Origin: Sulfolobales archaeon HS-7
GTDB lineage: Archaea; Thermoproteota; Thermoprotei_A; Sulfolobales; Sulfolobaceae
DNA length: 64,000 bases
Direction: 5' to 3'
Assembly: GCA_019704295.1 (NCBI GenBank)
Contig: AP024596.1
Coordinates: forward strand, 1,792,001-1,856,000
This document shows, piece by piece, positions 53,496 through 64,000 of the stretch. The notes beneath the pieces were generated by a model. The model saw only the letters and a list, made by a program, of their open reading frames with translations. It searched no databases and was not told the DNA's origin. Each line of letters begins with the position of its first letter. The stretch's first letter is position 1. The translations under genes were made by a program, and so were the position numbers.

Positions 53496-54693
53496 TTAGG
53501 AATTAGAAATATAATCTGTCGGTATTAAACGGATTATTGTATCAATTATATTAGATGAATTAGATAATACTGAATTTGTCTTATATATCAACATAATGTC
53601 TGGGTCTTTTAATGCATGTCCTGTAATTACGTTAACTACAACGTCGCTTAAGCTAATGATCCCTAATTCTAATGCTTTTTTATATCCCGCAAGGGTTGAT
53701 GCTGATGCTAATTCCGCCTCTATCCCTTCTAATCTTGCAAGGTCCTTTTGTGCACTCAAAATCCCATCATCAGTGACCTCTAATGCTGAACCTTCGGATA
53801 TCCTTATTGCCCTTATCGCTTTTCTCCAATTTACTGGTCTTCCAATCTTAATCGCGCTGGCTACGGTCTCTGGATTTTCCTTAATCATAAGTTCGTCCTT
53901 ACTTTCGATTATCGTTCTCGCTACCGTAGATGCACCCTTTGCTTGAACACCTATCATTTTCGGAACTCGTTCTATCAAACCCACATCCCTCATCTCCATA
54001 AATCCTTTCCAGATTGCGTATATGTTTCCTCCATTACCAACTGGAACTATAACAAAATCTGATACTCTGATCTCCTCTACTATTTCATAAGCGATTGTCT
54101 TTTGACCTTCTAACCTCAATGGATTAAATGAATTTAACGGGTAAATCGTGCCGTACTTTTTATAGAGCTCAAGAACGGCTTTCATGCCATCGTCGAAATT
54201 TCCCTCTAACTCAATCACTCTAGCACCGTGTAGATATGATTGGCCCATCTTCCCTACGGCAACTTTCCCTCGAGGCAAAATTAGCACTACAGTCATACCT
54301 GTACGTGCAGAATAAGCAGATGCTGAAGCAGCAGTATTACCAGTTGATGCTGCTATAACAACCGAGTAATTAAAGTTCTTAGCACATGTAATTGCAACTG
54401 TCATACCCCTATCCTTGAAGCTTCCGGTAGGATTCAAGCTTTCTAGTTTAGAGTAAACATTACGGTTTAGCATTGCTTTTGGCTATGGGAGTCCCTCCTT
54501 CTCCCATAGTCGCTATTTCCTTAAATCGAGCTGGAATAGTATCTCTATATCTCCACGCGCCTCTACCCCTGAGTCTATTCAAGGAGAGTGTAGAAGGTAA
54601 TTTAACCTCTATCTCCAATAATCCTCCACAACGTGGACAACTTATTACATTTGGTTCGATTCCAAAAAGATTACCACACTCTAAGCATTTCAT
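53496..54693 (-). pseudogene. thrC: Threonine synthase, frameshifted
   Basis: Zn-ribbon and GEGGTP in 54460-54693; NPTGSFKDRG, ASTGNT, EGQKT in a different frame; shift near 54462. Confidence 0.88.
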
Positions 54694-54835
54694 ATATCCA
54701 TCTAACTTGTTTCCAAGTAATTCACTGTCATTGAAATAATTGTATATGTTATATTTAATGGTTACGCTTTTCTAGCCAGGAGACTCTATAACACGTAGGT
54801 TAGGACTTATTACTTAATTTTTATGATTCTTATGT

Positions 54836-57210
<2,375 letters not shown>

Positions 57211-57238
57211 GTATTTGCAATATAGTGGTGAAAGCTGA

Positions 57239-58831
57239 TTGTCAACAACTAAAGAGAAATTTAGTAGCCTATCCCCTGCCGAGTTCTTTAAGAGAAACGC
57301 TGAACTAGTAGGTTTCTCTAATCCTACTAAGGCATTATATCAATCGGTAAGAGAACTTGTTGAGAACTCTCTTGACGCTACAGATATTCACTTAATTTTA
57401 CCTAATATTAAATTATCTATAAATAGGATAGAAAGCGAACAAGAAATATATAAAATAACAATAGAGGATAATGGGATAGGCATACCCCAATCGGTAATAC
57501 CAAATGCCTTTGCTAGAGTTCTTTACAGTTCAAAATACGTGATAAGACAGTCGCGAGGTATGTACGGACTAGGAGTTAAGGCAGTGGTATTATATAGTCA
57601 GATGTATCAAGAGAGACCAATAGAGGTCATAAGCTCTACAATTGGTTCTAAGAGGATTTACGGATTTAAACTTAAAATCGATATTAATAAAAACGAGCCC
57701 ATAATTTACGGTAGATACTCCATCGAGAATAGCGCTAACTGGCATGGGACTATCGTTACAGTTTACATACTAGGGGATTGGAGCAAGTCAAAGCAAAGAA
57801 TTTACGAGTACATAAAAAGAACTCACGTAATAACCCCATACGCTGATTTTACATTTCTTGATCCAGAAGGAAAAATAACACATCTTCCAAGGATAACTAA
57901 TAAAATGCCTAAGCCTCCTCAGGAGGTTAAGCCACATCCCTACGGCGTAGATATAGAGTTAATTAAGCAGATAATAGCTAACATGAGGAAAAAAGGCGCT
58001 GATGTAAAATGGTTCCTCATGAATGAATTTCAAGGAATTGGAGAGAAGACAGCTCAGGAACTCCTCAATATGAGTGGAATTAATGAGAAAAAAAAGGTAG
58101 AGCGCCTTACAGAAGAAGAATTGTCAAAACTCACTGAGGCTATGAAAAACTACGCTAAATTCAGATCTCCCTCAGCCGATGCTCTATCCTCTATAGGAGA
58201 GGAATTAATAGAGATAGGATTGAGAAGTTCATTTAATCCCGAGTTTGCAGTAGCAGTAACTAGGAATCCTGAAGCTTACCAAGGTCATCCTTTCATAGTC
58301 GAAGCAGGTATAGCATATGGTGGGAATATATTACCAGTGGAAGAACCGATAGTCCTAAGATATGCAAATAAAATTCCTCTAATCTATGACGAAAAAGCAG
58401 ATGTCGTGTGGAAAGTTGTTAGCGAACTGGATTGGAAACGTTATGGTATAGACACTTTTCCAGCACCACTAGTAGTAATGACTCATATATGTAGCACCAA
58501 AATACCCTACAAGAGTGCAGGTAAGGAAAGTATAGCAGATGTAGAAGAGATTGAGAAGGAACTAAAAAATGGGTTAATGGAAGCTGCGAGACGACTCAAA
58601 CTGTACTTGTCAGAGAAGAAGAAGGAGGAGAGTGCTAGAAGAAAGGCCCTAACTTATATGAAGTACATACCGGAGGTTAGTAGATCATTAGCAATATTTA
58701 AAGCGGGGAAGAAAGAAGAGGCCAGACAATACGAACAAGACATAACAAATAAGTTAAAGACATTAATTGCTGAAAGGCTAAATATGAAGGATCTTCAACT
58801 ACTTGAAGAGGTAAAGGTCGAAGCAGTATGA
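57239..58831 (+). CDS. top6B: DNA topoisomerase VI subunit B
   Basis: ELVENSLDA, EDNGIG, QSRGMYGLG, KPHP, YKSAGKE. Confidence 0.97.
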   Translation: MSTTKEKFSSLSPAEFFKRNAELVGFSNPTKALYQSVRELVENSLDATDIHLILPNIKLSINRIESEQEIYKITIEDNGIGIPQSVIPNAFARVLYSSKYVIRQSRGMYGLGVKAVVLYSQMYQERPIEVISSTIGSKRIYGFKLKIDINKNEPIIYGRYSIENSANWHGTIVTVYILGDWSKSKQRIYEYIKRTHVITPYADFTFLDPEGKITHLPRITNKMPKPPQEVKPHPYGVDIELIKQIIANMRKKGADVKWFLMNEFQGIGEKTAQELLNMSGINEKKKVERLTEEELSKLTEAMKNYAKFRSPSADALSSIGEELIEIGLRSSFNPEFAVAVTRNPEAYQGHPFIVEAGIAYGGNILPVEEPIVLRYANKIPLIYDEKADVVWKVVSELDWKRYGIDTFPAPLVVMTHICSTKIPYKSAGKESIADVEEIEKELKNGLMEAARRLKLYLSEKKKEESARRKALTYMKYIPEVSRSLAIFKAGKKEEARQYEQDITNKLKTLIAERLNMKDLQLLEEVKVEAV

Positions 58832-59988
58832 GTGAGTTCCAATCAAAAGTTGATAAAGAGGCGAGACAGAGGGCATCGAGAGCTTTGAGAGACAAGTTCC
58901 TCGAAGTGTTACGGCAAATAGAAAATAACGAACCCCCGGTCCTAGTTATCCCGAAAAGGACACTTGCAAATACAGTTTACGATAATACAAGGAAGCTCCT
59001 ACTATTAGGGGTGGGACAGTTAAGAAGGAGTTTTCTCGACCTAAATGAGGCTAAGCGTTTCATGCAAACAACATTAATGGCATCGATTATTTATGATGCT
59101 CTAATTAATGACGAATATCCCACTATTCGTGATCTATACTATAGGGGGAAACACTCAATTATTATAAAGGATAATAAAGGTAAGACACATGAGGAAAATA
59201 CATGGGATGAACAAAAGGAGTCTGATAGCGTTATTATTGATATAGAGGTATTAACGTCGCTCTTACGGGAGGAAATGCTCATCCTAAGTAAAGAAAAGGG
59301 AAAGGTAGTAGGGGAGATGAGAGTAAGAAGTGGTAATGACGTTATAGATTTAAGCAAAATGGGACACGGAGCATACAGTATAGAACCGACGCCTGACCTC
59401 ATAGAATTCTTAGATGTAAATGCTGAATTCGTATTAGTCGTAGAGAAAGACGCAGTATTTCAACAACTGCATAGAGCAGGATTTTGGAAACAATACAAAT
59501 GCATATTAGTTACTAGCGCAGGCCAACCAGACAGAGCGACTAGACGATTCGTTAGGAGATTACATGAGGAAATAAAGTTACCGGTGTATATTCTAACTGA
59601 TGCGGATCCATATGGGTGGTACATCTACAGTGTCTTTAGAATAGGTTCGATCTCCCTTTCATATGAAAGCGAAAGATTGGCAACGCCTAATGCTAAGTTC
59701 TTAGGCGTTTCCATGTCAGATATATTCGGTTCCGCTTCGAAAAAACCATACTTATCCGAGGCAGAACGCCAAAATTTCATAATTAAGGCAAAGGACTTCG
59801 ATATTAAAAGAGCAAACGAGATCAAGAACTATCCGTGGTTTAAGACGAAGAACTGGGAGAAGGAAATTCAGGACTTTTTAAATCGAAAGGCTAAGTTGGA
59901 AATAGAAGCAATGGCAAGTAAGGGACTAAAGTTTTTGGCATATCAATATATACCAGATAAGATTAATAATAGGGATTACGTGGAGTAG
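58828..59988 (+). CDS. top6A: DNA topoisomerase VI subunit A
   Basis: TIRDLYY, VEKDA, TDADPYG. Confidence 0.97.
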   Translation: MSEFQSKVDKEARQRASRALRDKFLEVLRQIENNEPPVLVIPKRTLANTVYDNTRKLLLLGVGQLRRSFLDLNEAKRFMQTTLMASIIYDALINDEYPTIRDLYYRGKHSIIIKDNKGKTHEENTWDEQKESDSVIIDIEVLTSLLREEMLILSKEKGKVVGEMRVRSGNDVIDLSKMGHGAYSIEPTPDLIEFLDVNAEFVLVVEKDAVFQQLHRAGFWKQYKCILVTSAGQPDRATRRFVRRLHEEIKLPVYILTDADPYGWYIYSVFRIGSISLSYESERLATPNAKFLGVSMSDIFGSASKKPYLSEAERQNFIIKAKDFDIKRANEIKNYPWFKTKNWEKEIQDFLNRKAKLEIEAMASKGLKFLAYQYIPDKINNRDYVE

Positions 59989-59997
59989 TGCGATCAT

Positions 59998-60171
59998 ATG
60001 CCTTGGAAACTAAAGTGTAACGAGTGCAACACCACATGGGAATTAGATATTAGTTTTGATATAGGTAAGCAGAAACACTTATATATATATTGTAAAACAT
60101 GTAAGAGGAATACACTAAACGATATTCTCGAATACTATGAAAATGATGAGAAAGAAGCTAATGATAAGTGA
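59998..60171 (+). CDS. Small zinc-ribbon protein (57 aa)
   Basis: MPWKLKCNEC...YCKTCKRNT; GGAG SD upstream; below track cutoff. Confidence 0.75.
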   Translation: MPWKLKCNECNTTWELDISFDIGKQKHLYIYCKTCKRNTLNDILEYYENDEKEANDK

Positions 60172-60193
60172 TTAAACCTGTCTCGTCTGATAA
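60140..60193 (+). ncRNA. C/D-box sRNA, 23S rRNA guide
   Basis: C ATGATGA, GAAAGAAGCTA, D' ATGA, C' GTGATTA, AACCTGTCTCGT, D CTGA; guide complementary to conserved 23S CGAGACAGGU. Confidence 0.8.
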
Positions 60194-60224
60194 CTTTAAT
60201 ACTTATTGTAAAGAACTCATTACG

Positions 60225-60281
60225 TGCGCAGTGAAGATAGTTTTTAACTGAAAGTGATGACGGGCCAAAGCGCGGAGCGCA
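60225..60281 (+). ncRNA. C/D-box sRNA guiding tRNA-Gln(UUG) U34 methylation (sR14-like)
   Basis: Stem TGCGC/GCGCA; C GTGAAGA, D' CTGA, C' GTGATGA, guide CGGGCCAAAGCG, D CGGA. Confidence 0.8.
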
Positions 60282-60324
60282 ATAGATTTTAATAAATCCC
60301 TATCAAATAATGCTTTGAATAGTA

Positions 60325-60720
60325 ATGACGTATAACTATGCTGCAGTAGGAGATCTTAAACAAGGTAGTTACGTAATAATTGATGGAGAACCTTGTAGAG
60401 TCGTGGAAGTAACCAAAGCTAAAACAGGGAAACACGGAAGCGCTAAGGCCAACGTCATAGCGGTTGGTCTTTTCACCGGAAACAAGAAGACTATAATGGC
60501 CCCAGTAGATCAAAGAGTGGAGGTACCTATAATAGAGAAGCATGTAGGACAGGTAATCTCAGACAGAGGTGAGCTCGTGGAAATAATGGATTTAGAAAGC
60601 TATGAAACGTTTCAAATAGAGAAACCAAAAGAAGAGGACATAGCGTCGAAAATAAGACCTGAGGCCGAAGTTGAGTATTGGAATATTGCAGGGAGGAAGA
60701 AGATAGTAAGGGTTAAATAA
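60325..60720 (+). CDS. eif5a: Translation factor aIF-5A
   Basis: KTGKHGSAK hypusine motif. Confidence 0.98.
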   Translation: MTYNYAAVGDLKQGSYVIIDGEPCRVVEVTKAKTGKHGSAKANVIAVGLFTGNKKTIMAPVDQRVEVPIIEKHVGQVISDRGELVEIMDLESYETFQIEKPKEEDIASKIRPEAEVEYWNIAGRKKIVRVK

Positions 60721-60721
60721 A

Positions 60722-62056
60722 TTGCTTGAGTCGATAAGAGAGAGCGTAAGGAAATTTTTATCGGGTTCGTCCCCCTATGACAAAGCAGTCGAGACGTTTA
60801 TAAGGGATTTACAAAAAATCCTAATCCAGTCTGATGTTAACATAAAACTTGTCTCTCAACTTACAACAAAAATTAAACAACGTTTGAACAACGAAAAGCC
60901 TCCTACTTATGCCGATAAAAGGGAGTGGTTCATTAAGATAGTTTATGAGGAGTTAGCGAACCTTTTTGGAGGAGACAAGGAACCTGATGTTCTGCCATCG
61001 AAGATACCATATGTAATTATGCTAGTTGGTATTCAGGGTAGTGGAAAAACCACCACCGCCGGAAAGCTAGCCTATTTCTACAAGAGGAAAAGTTACAGAG
61101 TGGGAGTAATAGCTGCAGATATTTACAGACCTGCTGCTTACGAGCAGTTAAGGCAACTATCGCTTCAAGCGTCAGCCGATTTTTACGGAGAGCAAGAAAA
61201 CAAAAATCCTACAGAGATAGCGATGAACGGCATAAAACAATTACTTTCACACAAATGTCAGGTGATCATCATTGATACGGCTGGAAGACATGGATACGGC
61301 AACGAGGAATATCTGTTACAAGAAATGAAATCGATGAGTGATGCGGTAAAGCCAGATGAGGTTATCCTCGTACTTGACGCGTCCATTGGGCAAAAAGCAT
61401 ACGACCTAGCATCAAGATTCCATAACGTAACCCCAATAGGTTCAATAATAATCACGAAGATGGACGGTACGGCTAAGGGTGGTGGTGCCTTATCAGCCGC
61501 TGCAATAACTGGGGCCTCAATAAAGTTCATTGGAACAGGAGAAAAGATAGACGAGTTAGAGGTATTCAATCCAAGAAGATACGTAAGCAGGATCCTTGGC
61601 ATGGGTGATATAGAGTCGATATTAGAGAGATTATCGTCTATAGAAGAGTATGAAGAGATTGAAGAGAAGATGGAAGAGGTACTTCAAGGTAAGGGAAAAA
61701 TAACACTAAGGGATATTTACAAGCAAATAAAGGCGGTAAAGAAGATGGGCCCTCTGTCAAAAGTTCTTGATAAAATCCCTGGTTTTAATATGCTCCCAAA
61801 ACTGCCATCAGAGGACGAGATAAAAATGAGCGAAGAGAAGATGAACAAATGGTTGTCAATAATAAACTCAATGACTTATGAAGAATTAGATAACCCCTCA
61901 ATTGTAGACAAAAATAGAGTGCGTAGAATAGCTAGAGGAGCTGGAGTAAGACCGGAAGAAGTAAGAGAACTCCTTAAACAATACGAACTAACGAATAGGG
62001 CGTTAAAGACACTAAGAAAGAAGAGAGACATTGGGAAGTTACTTGGAACTCAATAA
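60722..62056 (+). CDS. srp54: Signal recognition particle protein SRP54
   Basis: GIQGSGKTT, DTAGRH, TKMDGTAKGGG, RILGMGD, M-domain RRIARGAG. Confidence 0.97.
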   Translation: MLESIRESVRKFLSGSSPYDKAVETFIRDLQKILIQSDVNIKLVSQLTTKIKQRLNNEKPPTYADKREWFIKIVYEELANLFGGDKEPDVLPSKIPYVIMLVGIQGSGKTTTAGKLAYFYKRKSYRVGVIAADIYRPAAYEQLRQLSLQASADFYGEQENKNPTEIAMNGIKQLLSHKCQVIIIDTAGRHGYGNEEYLLQEMKSMSDAVKPDEVILVLDASIGQKAYDLASRFHNVTPIGSIIITKMDGTAKGGGALSAAAITGASIKFIGTGEKIDELEVFNPRRYVSRILGMGDIESILERLSSIEEYEEIEEKMEEVLQGKGKITLRDIYKQIKAVKKMGPLSKVLDKIPGFNMLPKLPSEDEIKMSEEKMNKWLSIINSMTYEELDNPSIVDKNRVRRIARGAGVRPEEVRELLKQYELTNRALKTLRKKRDIGKLLGTQ

Positions 62057-63095
62057 TATTACTCAACTTTCTTATAAAATCCTATCGGAAATTCCCTTGT
62101 GTGATAGATGTCTAGGAAGAGTTTTCTCAATACTTTCAACTTCATTGACAAACGAAGAACGCGGAAAATCTATAAAGATTACTTTGGCAATGGAAATTGA
62201 TTCGCTAATAAGGGAAAGGAGAGTAAAAGATCTGAGCGAGGTCCTACCGGTATTAAAGAACATGGGAACGATAGGTGAAACTGTGCTGAGGAAATACGGA
62301 GTTAATGAGCCCGTAAATTACGCCTGCTGGTTATGCAAAGGTAGGTTAAGTTATTATGAGAGCGAGCTCTATCAAGGTGTGAAAAAGTTAGTTACTGAAA
62401 AGTCAACGAGAATTGCGCTAGGCGTTAGACTAAGCAGGGAATTAAGTGCGTCCGAAAACACATTAATATCGAAGTATAAATTAACATACTACGAAAGTAT
62501 TAAAAATGAAATAAAAAGGGAGACGGGAAAAAGACTGAAACAGGAGGGCTTTATTATTGACCTCAATACCCCAGAACTTTTCATAATATACGACGTAGAA
62601 GCAAACGTAACTTATCTGGAGTGGAGTAAAGAAAGAGTTTTTGGGACGTATAGCAGGCTAGTAAGGGGAATTCCTCTAGAAACATGGGAAGAAAAAGAAG
62701 ACATGAGAACTCTAACTAAGGCAAAATTCTACGTACCCTTTTCTGAACCAAAAGATGTAAGGATTTTCTGCGAGTATCCAATATTCTTAGAAAAATTGCC
62801 TGAAAATGCCATAGAGGGATTTCAAATAAGAGTTATTAAAAAAATACCGAGGCGAAACAGAATTCTACTTTCCTCTACACCAAAATCCAGAAAATATAGA
62901 GTAACTCTTTATACAAAGAGACAAATTTCAGGAATTAAGATAACAGATAACGTCTATGACGTGTTCATTGAAGCTAGAGATTATAAGGACTTATTGCTCA
63001 AAATAAAGAATGCATTATCCGACGCAGAGATCATTTCAATAGATGCAATTTCATTAGATCAGAAAACTCAAGAGATGATTAAGAGAAACGAGTAA
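62031..63095 (+). CDS. Pus10-like protein with degenerate catalytic motif
   Basis: LCDRCLGR, CWLC, ESIKNEIKRETGK, GTYSRLVRGIP; position after srp54. Confidence 0.8.
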   Translation: MGSYLELNNITQLSYKILSEIPLCDRCLGRVFSILSTSLTNEERGKSIKITLAMEIDSLIRERRVKDLSEVLPVLKNMGTIGETVLRKYGVNEPVNYACWLCKGRLSYYESELYQGVKKLVTEKSTRIALGVRLSRELSASENTLISKYKLTYYESIKNEIKRETGKRLKQEGFIIDLNTPELFIIYDVEANVTYLEWSKERVFGTYSRLVRGIPLETWEEKEDMRTLTKAKFYVPFSEPKDVRIFCEYPIFLEKLPENAIEGFQIRVIKKIPRRNRILLSSTPKSRKYRVTLYTKRQISGIKITDNVYDVFIEARDYKDLLLKIKNALSDAEIISIDAISLDQKTQEMIKRNE

Positions 63096-63148
63096 AATCG
63101 ACATTGTCCCTTAAATACTTTCCCTCGTGTAAAAAAAGGGGAAATGTA

Positions 63149-63237
<89 letters not shown>

Positions 63238-63363
63238 CATTATCATAACATAATTTCTTTATTTAAATCTGTGCACCGGAAAAGCTCATAGTATACGCTA
63301 AAAAGTGGGATAGTTATAAATTAGTTTTTTTACTTCCAACTTGCTTTATAACGCGGTGAATAA

Positions 63364-63684
63364 TTGGCTAAGAAAAGAGGAGAATCGTCTTCAAGAGAAC
63401 CAGTAAGACCTGCAGAAGGCGAGGTAATTTGCGTAGTCAAGAAAATGTTAGGAGGAGAACATCTAATTCTACTTTGCCTAGACGGGAAGCAAAGACAGGG
63501 TAGAATCCCGGGCAGATTAAAGAAGAGAGTATGGATAAACGAAGGTGACGTCGTTCTAGCATCTCCGTGGGACTTTCAATTAGATAAATGTGACGTAGTA
63601 CATAAGTACAGTAACGATGAACTGAAGAAACTAGAGGAGGAAAAGATAGTTGATAGAACAGTGATAGATCAATTGAGGGATTAA
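63364..63684 (+). CDS. eif1a: Translation initiation factor aIF-1A
   Basis: [25 protein letters not shown]. Confidence 0.95.
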   Translation: MAKKRGESSSREPVRPAEGEVICVVKKMLGGEHLILLCLDGKQRQGRIPGRLKKRVWINEGDVVLASPWDFQLDKCDVVHKYSNDELKKLEEEKIVDRTVIDQLRD

Positions 63685-64000
63685 ATGCCTAAACAAAAGG
63701 AAAGGAAAGTCCTAAAAGATAAGGATCTTTCTAAGGTAGTAAATGACGTAATTGACGTAAGGACTTATGAACTTCTAGAAAGAATATCTTCCAGGCTAAG
63801 AATTGAACAGATAAGTGGACCAATTAGTTCAGGTAAGGAATCTAAAATTTTCTACGGAAGAGGAAAGGAAGAATATGCAATGAAAGTGTATCATATCACG
63901 ACTGCCACTCATAAAAGAGCAATCCGCAGATACCTAGTTACAGATAAAAGAATTGGTAGCATGAATTCATCTACTTTTCAATTAATACAAATATGGGCAA
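63685..64000 (+). CDS. rio1: RIO1-family kinase, 5' part (truncated by window)
   Basis: GPISSGKESKIF...YAMKVY...WA; follows aIF-1A. Confidence 0.88.
   Translation, partial: MPKQKERKVLKDKDLSKVVNDVIDVRTYELLERISSRLRIEQISGPISSGKESKIFYGRGKEEYAMKVYHITTATHKRAIRRYLVTDKRIGSMNSSTFQLIQIWA

Noticed and set aside
54455-54475. Programmed frameshift in thrC
   Set aside because: No recognisable slippery site, and the additional motif decay favours a pseudogene.

Overview
Chromosomal window from an AT-rich crenarchaeon of the order Sulfolobales (Alba, reverse gyrase, TopoVI, archaeal ribosomal proteins, intron-containing tRNAs). Most of it is core genome: the rps19e-rpl39e-rpl31e-eIF6-rpl18a-pfdA-ftsY-secE-spt5-rpl11/1/10/12-alaS superoperon, plus aspS, tbp, lig, rgy, Lhr, rtcB-dys-top6BA, eIF5A-srp54-pus10 and eIF1A-rio1. 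There are five tRNAs, four with clear identities plus a two-intron tRNA-Cys, and at least four C/D-box sRNAs not shown in the ORF track. An accessory, decaying segment at about 18.6-27.4 kb holds two dead IS elements, a DUF929 pseudogene and a convergent RelE/small-protein pair. thrC is frameshifted. The most notable unexplained signals are: (1) ftsY has no in-frame start and instead begins SD-TTG-TTT-CGA-TAA, the layout of a +1 programmed frameshift giving the expected N-terminus MFDKIKKAF; (2) two operon-internal genes appear to start at ACG; (3) a promoter-bearing, G-U-supported rod-shaped ncRNA at about 32.55-32.71 kb; (4) a highly structured transposase-less element at 53.1-53.4 kb, probably IS110-derived. 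No CRISPR array or rRNA was seen. All homology calls come from motif recognition, not database searches.
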